NCBI GenBank assembly: GCA_000165425.1
Contig: CT868678.1
Location: 248,001-312,000 of the forward strand
Source of the DNA: Paramecium tetraurelia
Taxonomy: Eukaryota
Reading direction: 5' to 3'
DNA: 64,000 bases
Shown here piece after piece: positions 52,979 through 64,000 of this stretch. The position numbers and the translations under genes were made by a program. Position 1 is the stretch's first letter; each line of letters opens with the position of its first letter. The notes beneath the pieces are model-generated. The model was not told where the DNA came from. It saw only the letters and a list, made by a program, of their open reading frames with translations, and ran no database searches.

Positions 52979-55900
52979 ATGGAATAAATAAAAAACAAGA
53001 GACTCTTAGTGCTCATCTTATTGATTAGTTCTCTCACATTAGGATTAGGAGAACGTAATTGTCATTTTCGATATGATTAGCGACCCAAGTTTGCGATGAA
53101 GGCCACTATTTGTCAGGTCAAGTTTGTCAAAGTTGTTCTACATAATGTAAATAATGTAGTAGCGAAACTAGTAATCGTATATTATTAATAAAGTCTGTTC
53201 ATTGTGCTATGATGGATATATGGTTTACAATAATGCTTGTTAATCTTGTGGGTCTGGGTGTTAAACATGCTAATTATAACAATCTGGTTTAAGAATCCTA
53301 TCTGTGTCAGGGGAATCTAGAATATTATCAGGAGAGCCTGCCACAGAGTGTACTATGTGTTATGCTGGGTATTATTTGGAAGGGCCTGTTTGCAAATAAT
53401 GTGAAAAACCATGTTCAAGCTGTGCTACTTATTCAACAACTTGTACAACATGTATTGACATTACCAATTAAAATATACCAACTTGTGAGTGTTAATCGTC
53501 TTAATTTATGGACGTATATACCTATATGTGCCTACAATGTCCATAGGCTTGTTTAACATGTACTGCATAAAATACATGTTAAACTTGCATAGAAGGTTAT
53601 TTTTTGGATAATGAATCATGCCAAAATTGCGAATTACCTTGTAAAACATGTGAATCAACTTCAACTAAATGTTTATCCTGTGCTTTAGAAAATTAAATGG
53701 TAGATCCGCAATTCTAATGTGTTTGTGCTAATGAATATACATAAGTAGAAGGGAATTGCGAATAATGTCAAATTCCATGCTTAAATTGCGATCAACGAGT
53801 TGATTATTGTATTTCCTGTGCGACTCACTTTGAATTAAAAGAGGGTGGGCAATGTGTTTGTCAATTTGGGTATTTTTTGCATATGGATATTCTTAACAAT
53901 AAAGAATGCTAATAATGCTCTCCTTCGTGTGAGAGTTGTTAAAATGAGTCTACAGAATGTCTTACTTGTCTATATAGTAACTAATTTGTTGATTCATATC
54001 ATTAATGTGTTTGCAAAGAAGGATTTTTTTTTAAAGATAATGATAGTTTAGATTGTACCCAATGTGGTGTCGCATGTTAAATTTGTGATAACACAAGTTG
54101 TTAGAAATGTATTAATGAGATGATGGAAATTTAAGATTAATTATCTTGTGTCTGTCCAAAAGGATATTAATTTTTTGAAAACAACTGCTTTTAATGTTAA
54201 TTACCTTGTAGTAAATGCATTGATCAAACTGATATTTGCATTGAATGTTTGTAATCAAATTCATCTTTAAATGAAAATAAATGCATTTGCGATTCTGGAT
54301 TTGGACTATCATAAACATCATAATAATATTGTTCTCCATGTTAGTTTCCATGTTTGGAATGTTCAAGTGATGTTAATCTATGCACTAGGTGTTCTGAAAT
54401 TGGACTATTTTACCTAGAGAATTCAAAATGCAGATGTCCTAGTGGATATTTTATGTAAGGTCCCGGTTGCATTAAATGTTCTGATGAATGTTAAGAATGT
54501 AATTTTTATCCTGATTATTGTTTAAATTGCAGAGACTTAAATTATGAGTTCAAGAACAATGGATGCTTTTGTCCTTTTGGATATTATGTTGACAATGCTT
54601 TGAAATGTTCAAAATGTTAAGAACCATGTCAAACTTGTTAATAAAACTCTGATTTTTGTTTATCCTGTGTAGATCCTCTATATGAATTAATTAACAATTC
54701 TTGCTAATGCCCAATAAGTTATTTCTAATTAGTAGAAAACAATAATTTTAATTTATCAGCAGGATGTCATACATGCAACGAAATGTACTTGAATTGCATA
54801 GTATGTAATTTATCTTATTGTCAATAATGCTAATAAGGATATCGTTTTAATGAGAATTAGGAATGTTTGAATGCTATTTGCGGAGATTCTATTATTGTTG
54901 GCAATGAATAATGTGAGGATGGCAATGATAATGAATTTGATGGTTGTTTTTAATGTCAATGTGAACTAGGATGGATCTAAAATGAATTAGGTTGTTAGAC
55001 CATTTGTGGAGATCAAGTAATTGTGACTGGAGAATAATGTGATGATGGAAATGAAATTCAATTTGATGGATGTTATTAATGCAAATATGATTGCAATGAA
55101 TCTTGCATTGAATGCATAGAAGGACGTTGCATCAAATGCAAAGAAGGATTTCAACTTGAGGAAAATGAATGTAGCATTAATTGTGGAGATGGAATTTTAA
55201 ATGTTTTAACTGAATAATGTGATGATTCTAATAACATTCCTAGAGATGGTTGCAATAATTGTCATTTAGAAGATGGTTTCATATGTTATTGTTAAAACGA
55301 ATTGCTATTTCAATCTTGTGAAAGATGTTCGGATTATAATTGTTTAAAATGTGCCATCTAAAATTAACAGCAGGTCTGTCAAAATTGTATAGACGGATAT
55401 TTTGTTGATGCAACTTAAGGTTGTTCACAATGTGATAAAATTTGTCTGAAATGTACAAACTCTCCCAAAAATTGTGAAATTTTTGATTCATCAATTTAAT
55501 AACTAAAAGATTGTAATCAAAAGCTTGGATTCTACTATGATTATCAACTTAAAGATTGTGTTTCAAAATGTGGAGACGGTATTATTAGTGGATAAGAACA
55601 ATGTGATGATCTAAATACTAATGATTTTGATGGGTGTAATAATCAATGTCAAATTGAGTCTGGATACTTGTTTAATTTAAATAGTCTATCCTTGATTAAT
55701 GAACCATTCATATAAGTTTAATCCCAGTCTTCTAGTAATAATCAATATTCTATATATGCTGAGCAATTCTAAGATACTATCAATTGTACTGGTACTACAA
55801 TGAATATTGAACAATTCAATTAAACAGAATACAATTATACAATTATAGAATAAGGATTAAATTGTGATATTTCGATGCAATACTTTAAAACTGTAGAACC

Positions 55901-57293
55901 TTCAAATCTCATTCATGTCCTAATCAAATTCAAAAATCACCTCTCCAAAAGAACATTAGATGAATCACCTACTAAAGAAATCGTTATTGTTCCAAAGAGA
56001 TAGGTATATGCAACTGAAGAGCAAAAGGAGTAAGGAGAGGCTATGGCTAGTACTTCCAAATCTATATCATCATCCATTGTTGTATTTGCCCCATTAGCAT
56101 TATTAATTGGAGGCTTCAAGTTTATTTGGGCTATTCTAGATATTATGAGTTGGATGAATAACTTTTATTTCTTAAATGTATAATACCCAGAAAATGTAAG
56201 ACTCATTTTTTAATAAGCTGAATGGAACAACATAATCAATTTTCCAGAATTCGATATCTTCAATAAACCATCTGATGAATATTACTTTCAAGCTTAAATT
56301 AAATTCACTGAAAAAGATGTTGACCCATTATTTTTTAACAATGTTTAAATTGTTATTATTTTTGTGTTTCAAGTTCTTATTACTTGGCTGATTTGTTTTA
56401 TAATAAGAAAAACAATTTAGGCTTATTATAAAAAAAAAATTAGGATCTAAAGTGCAAATCATAAAATATTTTAATTGAAAACTAATTAATAAAATCAATC
56501 AATTCTCGAAAATGAAATATTGTAATCCACAATACAGAATTAAATTACCACTTTTGAAATTCCAAATCAACTCAAATCTATTTACTTTTCATGTTTAGAT
56601 TGTGAAAGATCATTTGTTGCTAATATGTTAAAAACTATATAAATAAGTTATTTAGATATTCTTTTGGCAATAATATTACAGATTACCAATTAATAGACAG
56701 CTAACAATTCTATTGTTAAAATCAACGTCATATTAGCGAGTCTATCTATTGGCATTGTAATTTTGTTGATTTATTTATCTTATCAAATTTCGGTTTAACA
56801 TCATTTGAAATTGGAAAATCAACATTTTAGTAGGAGATTTAACTGCTTCTATGAAGATGTAAAAACTAACTCCAAAATATCTATGAATTACTCTTTTTTG
56901 AATATGTTAAGGAAAACTATTTTTATTATAGCAACAGTGATTTTATATGATTTTCCAATATACTAAACAAGTGTTTGTTTTTTATCGTGCTTTTTGAACA
57001 TTATCTTATTAATGCACTGTAATCCATTCAATAATAGATAGTAATATATTCTGAACTTTATACCTGACTCTTGCATATGTATTATAGTAGGTATAACCAT
57101 AACTTTTGCCTTTTAAGATCAATTTCGATTACTAGAAGATGATATGATTTATTTTTTAGGATGGATTGTTGGAGCCTGTATTTATTTATCAATATTATTG
57201 TAATTACTGTTCCTAATAAAAGAACTTATACAATCAATATGGGAGAAAATTAGAAACCTATTTGTATATTTGAAAAAAAAATTTAATTTATGA
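52979..57293 (+). CDS. Second giant Cys-rich surface protein with furin-like and CGD/CDDGN repeats and a multi-pass TM C-terminus
   Basis: Signal peptide, CxxC repeats, four CGD..EQC[DE]D.N..DGC units, then hydrophobic helices from ~56060. Confidence 0.88.
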
Positions 57294-58858
57294 ATATATT
57301 CTGTTTATGAAATAGTAATAATTTACATGTTCATAGATAAACTCATATATGTAGCTGGCTTTTAAGCATCCATCATTTATCTAATAAATGTTATAATTAT
57401 CTAGTTCATTTCTGTAATTACCTATTTAGTATTTTAATTAATTTTCATTAATCTTTGGGTTTTTCCGTTTTAATTCTCCATTTATATAGCATATATATTA
57501 CCTTCTTAAAGTCCTTATGTTAGTGAGATTTTGACTCAAAAAGACAATGTAATTTATTATTTTTTAATTTCTCCAACCCCCCAAAACCATTCGAAGTATT
57601 AAGTTCTAAATATTTAGGTTAACCAAATCCAATCTTTAAATATATTCATAATAATATTTCAATAAGTTTATCATACAAAGGTTGATTTTATATTATTTTA
57701 TTTTATTATTACAATGTAAATTATAATGGTGACAAATTCATATTATTTTTACATTATAAAAATAAATGTTGATAAATAAAAATATCCTTTTAATAAATAA
57801 AAATTATAAATAATATTTATAAATGAGTAATTGGGCTTGATGATCTTCATGTAGATTCGATTATGAGATTAATTGATTATAATCATTCTTAGAGTATTCT
57901 TCTGTAGGATAGAACAATTATAGATAATTTCAGAGTAGATATATTTTTTTAAATTTATAAAAATCATCAAGCATGAAGGGTTTGATTCTCAAATGTATTG
58001 ATCTGATTAATAATATCGCTAAAATAATAAATATTCAAAATCATTCTAACTAATTCTTATTATATATAATTGTGATTATTATAATATGAAATAATAATTG
58101 AAGTGTGAACAATAAATTTTAGCTTGAGAATTATATATTCCTTAAATTATATCAGCCCTTGTAATTTATGTTGTCAATATATGAATCAAGAAGAAATTAG
58201 TCAGCAAGAAAAAGGACATCAATTAATATGTTCAGATTGTAATGTAAGATTTTTAAGTTTTTAGGTGAAACATATAGCTTTATTATCAACATCACAACGT
58301 TGATATAAATTCTTAATTACAGAACAAGCTGAAAAGGAATACACTTTTGAAAATTTTTAAATATATGACAATCATATAAACCAAAAATCAGCAATTTTAT
58401 TTGAGATTCAAGAAAGGCTAATATGATTAAATTCTTAAAGGATGGGGTGAGTAAACTTTCATGGAGTTTATCATAAATTTTATTCATGTCTCGATGGATT
58501 AGATTTATAAAGTATCAAAAAATTTAGATTATAAATCAGGATGCAACAATTTTGAGAGAAACCCCTACAAAAATACCTAAAATTTAAAAAATAAAAAGTA
58601 TTTTATATTAAGGTACTTTGTAAAATTTGATTATAATTAATAACTTAATGGAAACATTATAAAGGATATTTAATTAAGCATTGACTGATTGTTAGAAATC
58701 TGATATTCATAATAAGATTTATTATGATATAGATGATAATAATAGCAAATGGCCTCATTTCTAGGGGATTAAGCAAGATAGAATGGCAAAAAGAGGAAAG
58801 AAAATAGGATTATTAAATGGATTTAAAAAAATTTAAATAATAATTTATTAAAATATTT

Positions 58859-60553
58859 ATGAGACAGCCACAAACAAAGAAATCCTTTAATATTTCTGAT
58901 TCTTCATACTACATCTCTTTGGCATGCATCATCACTTTTGAAATCTACTCTCTTTATCGATTTTCAGTCATTTGTAAATCAAACAAAATAGAGGGCACTG
59001 AAAAAGGTATACAAATACATTGATTGTAGGCTTCTTTGGTATACTGAGAGACCATTCAGATCCGTAATGGGGAGAATTTGCAGGACATTTGACAGAATTG
59101 ATGGTTTTTCAATTCCTTTTTATATTGGGGTCCTACACTGTCAAATATCATTCTAAATAAGAAAATAGGTAGAGAAACCTATAGTATTATAACATGATCG
59201 TTGGATTAAATTATGCATTTTATTTGCATAACATTGGAATGATATTTTAGATGATGATCATCGTTTCTTTTTATCTTTTCCAAAAGGTGAATAAATTTTT
59301 TTATAATAGATTTGTTACAAAATGAAATATTTCATCCCCACATTATGGATTTTGGCCATCTTAACATTATGGTCAAATGAGACATATAAAGGATATGAAT
59401 TCAGTATGATTTCTCCATCTTTGGCTTATTTGGATGGTTTCAGGAGTACAAATCAATTAGTTAGTTGGAATCTTGTTTTTAATATGATTTTACTAAGAAT
59501 CATCAGTTTCTCTATTGATAAGGTTTGGGCATCTCAAATTCCTCAGCCCTTGAAATAGGGTGAGTGGAGTTAGAGTGAAAAGTCCACTATCATAAAAACA
59601 TACCGTGATAGAGTGGAAGAGTCCTAACCATTAGAAGAATACAACTTTAGTGGTTATTTAAGTTTTCTTTTTTATGTTCCTCTACTCTTCTCAGGGCCTT
59701 CTATGGGTTATAATGCTTTTAACTCTTAATTAAAAACCCCTTAATAAAGTTTTAATAAATCCTAGGTGATAAAATACATTTTGAGAGTGTATTTATTGGA
59801 CTTGTTAACCTTTGAGGTATTTTTGCATGTGTGTTATCCAAATGCAATCCCAAAATTAGCCTAAAACTTTCATATCCTGGAAAATTTTAGTGCATATGAG
59901 TTCCACATAATGTGTGTGATGAACTTAATCTTTTTATGGTACAAATTCCTTACAATATGGAGAATTGCCAGAGGATGGGCCTTATTAGATGGTAACTTAA
60001 TAAATATATTATTATGGTAGGTATTGAAACGCCCGAGAATATGAATAGATGTCTATATAACAGTTACAATTTTAGTGGATTTTGGAGATCTTGGCATAGA
60101 AGTTTCAATTAATGGTTGATCAGATACATTTATGTGCCATTAGGAGGTACAAAATACAAGTCTTTGAACATGTGGGTTGTCTTCTCTTTTGTGGCATTAT
60201 GGCACGATTTTAAATTGGATCTTTTATTATGGGCTTGGCTAATCTGCTTAGCTTTGATTCCAGAGATCGCCTTACAAAAATACTTTGACAAGGAGTTCTT
60301 CTATAAAAAATGGTGGTTTGTTTACTTATGTCAGCTGGGTGGAGGATTCTAAATACAAATGATGTGTTTAGCCAATTTGATAGGATTTGGAAATGGATAC
60401 GAAGGCATGACAGTTGTTTTCTATAAGTTTATGAGTTTGGAGGGCTTGGCTTGTTTTCTATTCTATTGTATAGTTAGGAATGGGTGGATCACAACTATTC
60501 AATTTAGAATAAGAGACGATGAGAATGCTGAATCAAATGACAAGCGATTTTGA
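58859..60553 (+). CDS. MBOAT family acyltransferase, GUP1/HHAT-like
   Basis: LRDHSDPQW, LRIISFSID, YVPLLFSGP, PENMNRCLYNSY..SGFWRSWHRSFNQWLIRYIYVPLGG and FSFVALWHD motifs. Confidence 0.92.
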
Positions 60554-61259
60554 TATCCAGTTAAGTTTATCGAAAGACTTATAAAACACATTATAAAATA
60601 TATATGCTAAGGTAGCATTAAAATTAAGGTTATAATTCCATCTCAATTAAATATATTCTTCTCATTTTAAGCTCACTACCTAAAAATTAAAAAGAGTGAT
60701 GAGGTCTCAATCTCTGTAAGTTAATTTTACTTGCAGAAAGATACTACCTTAAAATAATCTAAAAAAATGTTGTATTATAAGGGTTACCTCTTATTCAAAT
60801 TCTTATTGTCAATAAAACAAAAAGTGGGATTGCTTTGAATTTATAGCAACTTTTCAACTTCGTTCATAATATTAGAATTAATGTGAATTATGCAAAAAAT
60901 ACTTGATTGCTGACATTACAACAAATTTGATTGTTTTTAAATCAAGCACTTTAAGTCTTATTAATTTATTTAATAATATAATTAAAATTAGTATTTTTAC
61001 ACTAATTTATATAAAACCTACTTTTTTAATAATTTATTCCAAAAAAGTTGCTTAATTCTTAAGCACAATTAGTTTTTGTTTTTATAAAATTATGCATAAA
61101 TTAGCCAAGTTTTATTTATAAGAAATTATGTCTTCATAAAGTAAACAGTGGAAATCATTAAAGGATCCATTAATAATATTAATTTATAATAAATGTATAT
61201 TGTCAATATTATTATTGCTAATTATATTCATTTATTAAGTAATTTTATTTACATTCTAT

Positions 61260-63125
61260 TCAGATATTGGAATTATTCAATTGTTTATCATAAATATTCT
61301 GTTTAGTGTCTAAAATTTTGGATTCATCTTTATATTATTGTAAAGGATATTAGTTTGCTTAACGAGTAGGAATTTATTCATTCTCCAAATTAGAATGCTT
61401 GAATGAATTCGGAGAGACAACTTAGAATATAATTAAGTCTACCTTTTGGAGGTTTTGGGCGAATTTCAACCAACTTCATATACTCTAATAGTTAAGTAGG
61501 TAATTCTTCTAAGACTTTGTTCGATAGCTGAGTTGGATCCCCTTTGAATTGATTAAAAGGAACAAATTAAACCAAATCTCTAATAGCTTTGTTCCCTTTG
61601 CTATCAACCATACTTTTGTTATCATTATCTAAGATCTTCATATTCTTAAAGTTAGCATTCCCTATACCAACAATTATGATAGATAGAGGTAAATAAGATG
61701 AAGCAATGATGTCATCTATAGAATCTAACATATCATCAGTTTATCCATCAGTTAAAATCAATAATACATGATAGTTTTCACTCCCTTAATTTTTACATTT
61801 CTTTGCCATTTCCATCGCTTTTTACAGAGTTGGATGCAAATAGGTTGGACCATCAAAATGCAATTAAGGCAGTGATTTTTTATAGCATTCTACAATTCCA
61901 TCTAGTCCATAAACTCTAAAATTTTAATAATTTATCCTTACTCTGGATCATCAGGATTATCATTCAAAGGGAAAAGATGAATTGTTTAGCTTGTGTTGTG
62001 ATTCTTCATTTTTGGTTTACATCCAAAACCATAGAGTGGAACTCTTTTGTCATAATCGTAATGTATCAATATTTCAACTACACTATTAATTGCCTATAAG
62101 TATTAACTAGGATATCCATTTGAGGGAAGATGATGTAGCGAATTCGGATTATGATATTCCTCATTAGATGCAGTGAAATCAATAGCAAGCATTAAATTTA
62201 TCTATTAACCTCCAGCACAATAATCTAGGAAGGTATAATTTGATATTATTGAAAATCTATCAAATTAAAGAATTCCTAAAGATTAATTTCTTTGACTCAT
62301 AGACCTGAATTCCTTTTAGAGTATTTTCTTAGCTTTATTTGATTCAATTAATTCATTAGTACAAAATTAAGTTTCTCCTATATATTTGTGCTTACCAGAT
62401 TTTTTATAATCCCATAATTCAACTTTTATTTATATTGAATAATCTCCATTACATAACTTCTAGGCTTGGCACTGTATCTCCTTCCATTTAATTGAAGCCA
62501 TATCTTTTGCTGATTCAGTTTCATAAACTAAAACACCAAAATCTATATCATGTTTTAGTCTATAGAACCTTAGAAATGGACTAATTTTATCCCAAAACCA
62601 TAATTTAGTTCCTCTTATCTTCAGTCCTGATAATTAAATAGAAAATTCCTCTCTACATAATTTAACATGATCTGCCTTTAAGAATATTTAACCATTATTC
62701 CTCCCACTTTGATTGTATAGATTAGCTTTAATCAATTAGTTTTTTGATCCTATCACTTCTGCCACAGTTGTTTGTGCTTAACCTATAATCTATGATAGTT
62801 AAGGATAATACTTATGTCTAAGTAGAACTTATTTAGTTATGAACTTCCATTTTTAGGTGCTACTATACTTAGAAAAAATAGTTTATAGTAAATGTTTTGA
62901 TGAAATCGGGATTCTAATTATTCTCAATTACTTCAGTTTGATCTATTTTGATCCCTTAACCAATGATATAAAATTCATACATTTGTTATTACTCTTTCTA
63001 TAAAGTATCACAAAAGAATTGTAGATAGTCATCACAAAATCATTTAATTGTCTACAACTTACAAAAAGTTCTATTCGCTAGGCATCTTTTGTTTAAGCAG
63101 TGCCTTCTTAATGACTGAATAACAT
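61260..63125 (-). CDS. Copine (two C2 domains plus a vWA domain)
   Basis: LAIDFTASN, HYDYDKRVPLYGFG, DGPTYLHP, YHVLLILTDGQTDD, PLSIIIVGIG and RDLVQFVPF motifs. Confidence 0.93.
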
Positions 63126-64000
63126 AATTTAATATATAATCTCTACATATAGATTAATCTGATGTTTAAATAAAAGTATAGATTTATATACGTAATAATA
63201 TATCAATTTCTCTTTTATTCTTGATAATCAATCTACTATGAAACTTTTCTTTGTTCAAACAGTATACTCTTTTAAAGTGATCATTGTTCAGAATTTATGG
63301 ATAAAATGATGCATTCTAAATATTCTATATAATTTTATATTATAATTTATGTTATATTCAATAATGTAAAATTAAAAATATTTCATATAACTTTCAATTA
63401 TGAATAAATAGAAAGTTTGAAAGTTTTCATCATTTAAATTGTTTTTCGGTTTCTACGCGATCTTGCTTCTACAATTTTATTAATAATTACATTAATTAAT
63501 AACTTTAGTGATTACTACAACTCCCTAATAATAACTTTTTTATGGATTATCTTCCATTAAAGTACATAACATTCCATTTACTTAATCAAAAACCTTAAAT
63601 GTAATTCAAAATTAAGAATTATAAATAAGAATCTAAATGGATGTGTAAAATAAAGTGAAACAATTTATTTATGAAGGTTTGGAAGATCATCCGAATACAA
63701 AATTCATTACTATATTTTTTAAATAGGTTAAAGTATACAAGAATCTTATAAGGAGATATATCACAAAAATATTTTCTAGGCAATTTATTAATTATTGTTT
63801 AATTCTCATCAACTCTAAATTAATTTTCAAATAATTTATTAAATTAAATATTTATTTATAGATAGAGAAGGTAATTTTATTTTCAATCAGATTAACAGAC
63901 AGCAAGAGAATCTGTAATATGCTCATCTTATTTTTATCCGAATTATAAAAATGAAATCAATTACTAAACGTAAAGATAATGATTGCAATTAATACTACTG

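Noticed and set aside
57570..57590. CCAACCCCCCAAAACC as an internal telomeric repeat
   Set aside because: It is a single imperfect unit with no tandem C4A2/C3A3 array.
1..64000. Abundant in-frame TAA/TAG as evidence of mass pseudogenisation
   Set aside because: They fall at Gln-compatible positions in conserved proteins (DPH5, P450, copine), which is the ciliate nuclear code.

Overview
This is AT-rich, gene-dense eukaryotic DNA that reads as ciliate macronuclear genome, most likely Paramecium (inference). Genes open only under the ciliate code (TAA/TAG=Gln, TGA=stop), are split by ~20-30 nt GT..AG introns, and are often only 10-60 bp apart. The supplied standard-code ORF track therefore fragments or misses most genes. 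Reading by hand gives about 35 genes. Recognisable ones: Mei2-type RRM protein, trichocyst-matrix-like protein, CAMK-type kinase, TRAFD1/XAF1-like zinc finger, SDR, AK8-like protein, S49-peptidase-like protein, VPS9 GEF, ankyrin protein, dual-specificity phosphatase, DPH5, an atypical ARL, two giant Cys-rich multi-TM surface proteins, cytochrome P450, GUP1-like MBOAT and copine, plus a decayed SOF1/DCAF13 pseudogene. Most notable: (1) a probable organelle-targeted Whirly-like single-stranded nucleic acid-binding protein; (2) a tandem pair of secreted paralogs sharing an 8-Cys C-terminal domain but carrying different charged repeat spacers; (3) an intronless gene ending in a bacterial-style Ada-like Zn knuckle; (4) several apparent pseudo-enzymes. 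All family calls come from hand translation and remembered motifs, with no database search. Boundaries may be off by a few bases.
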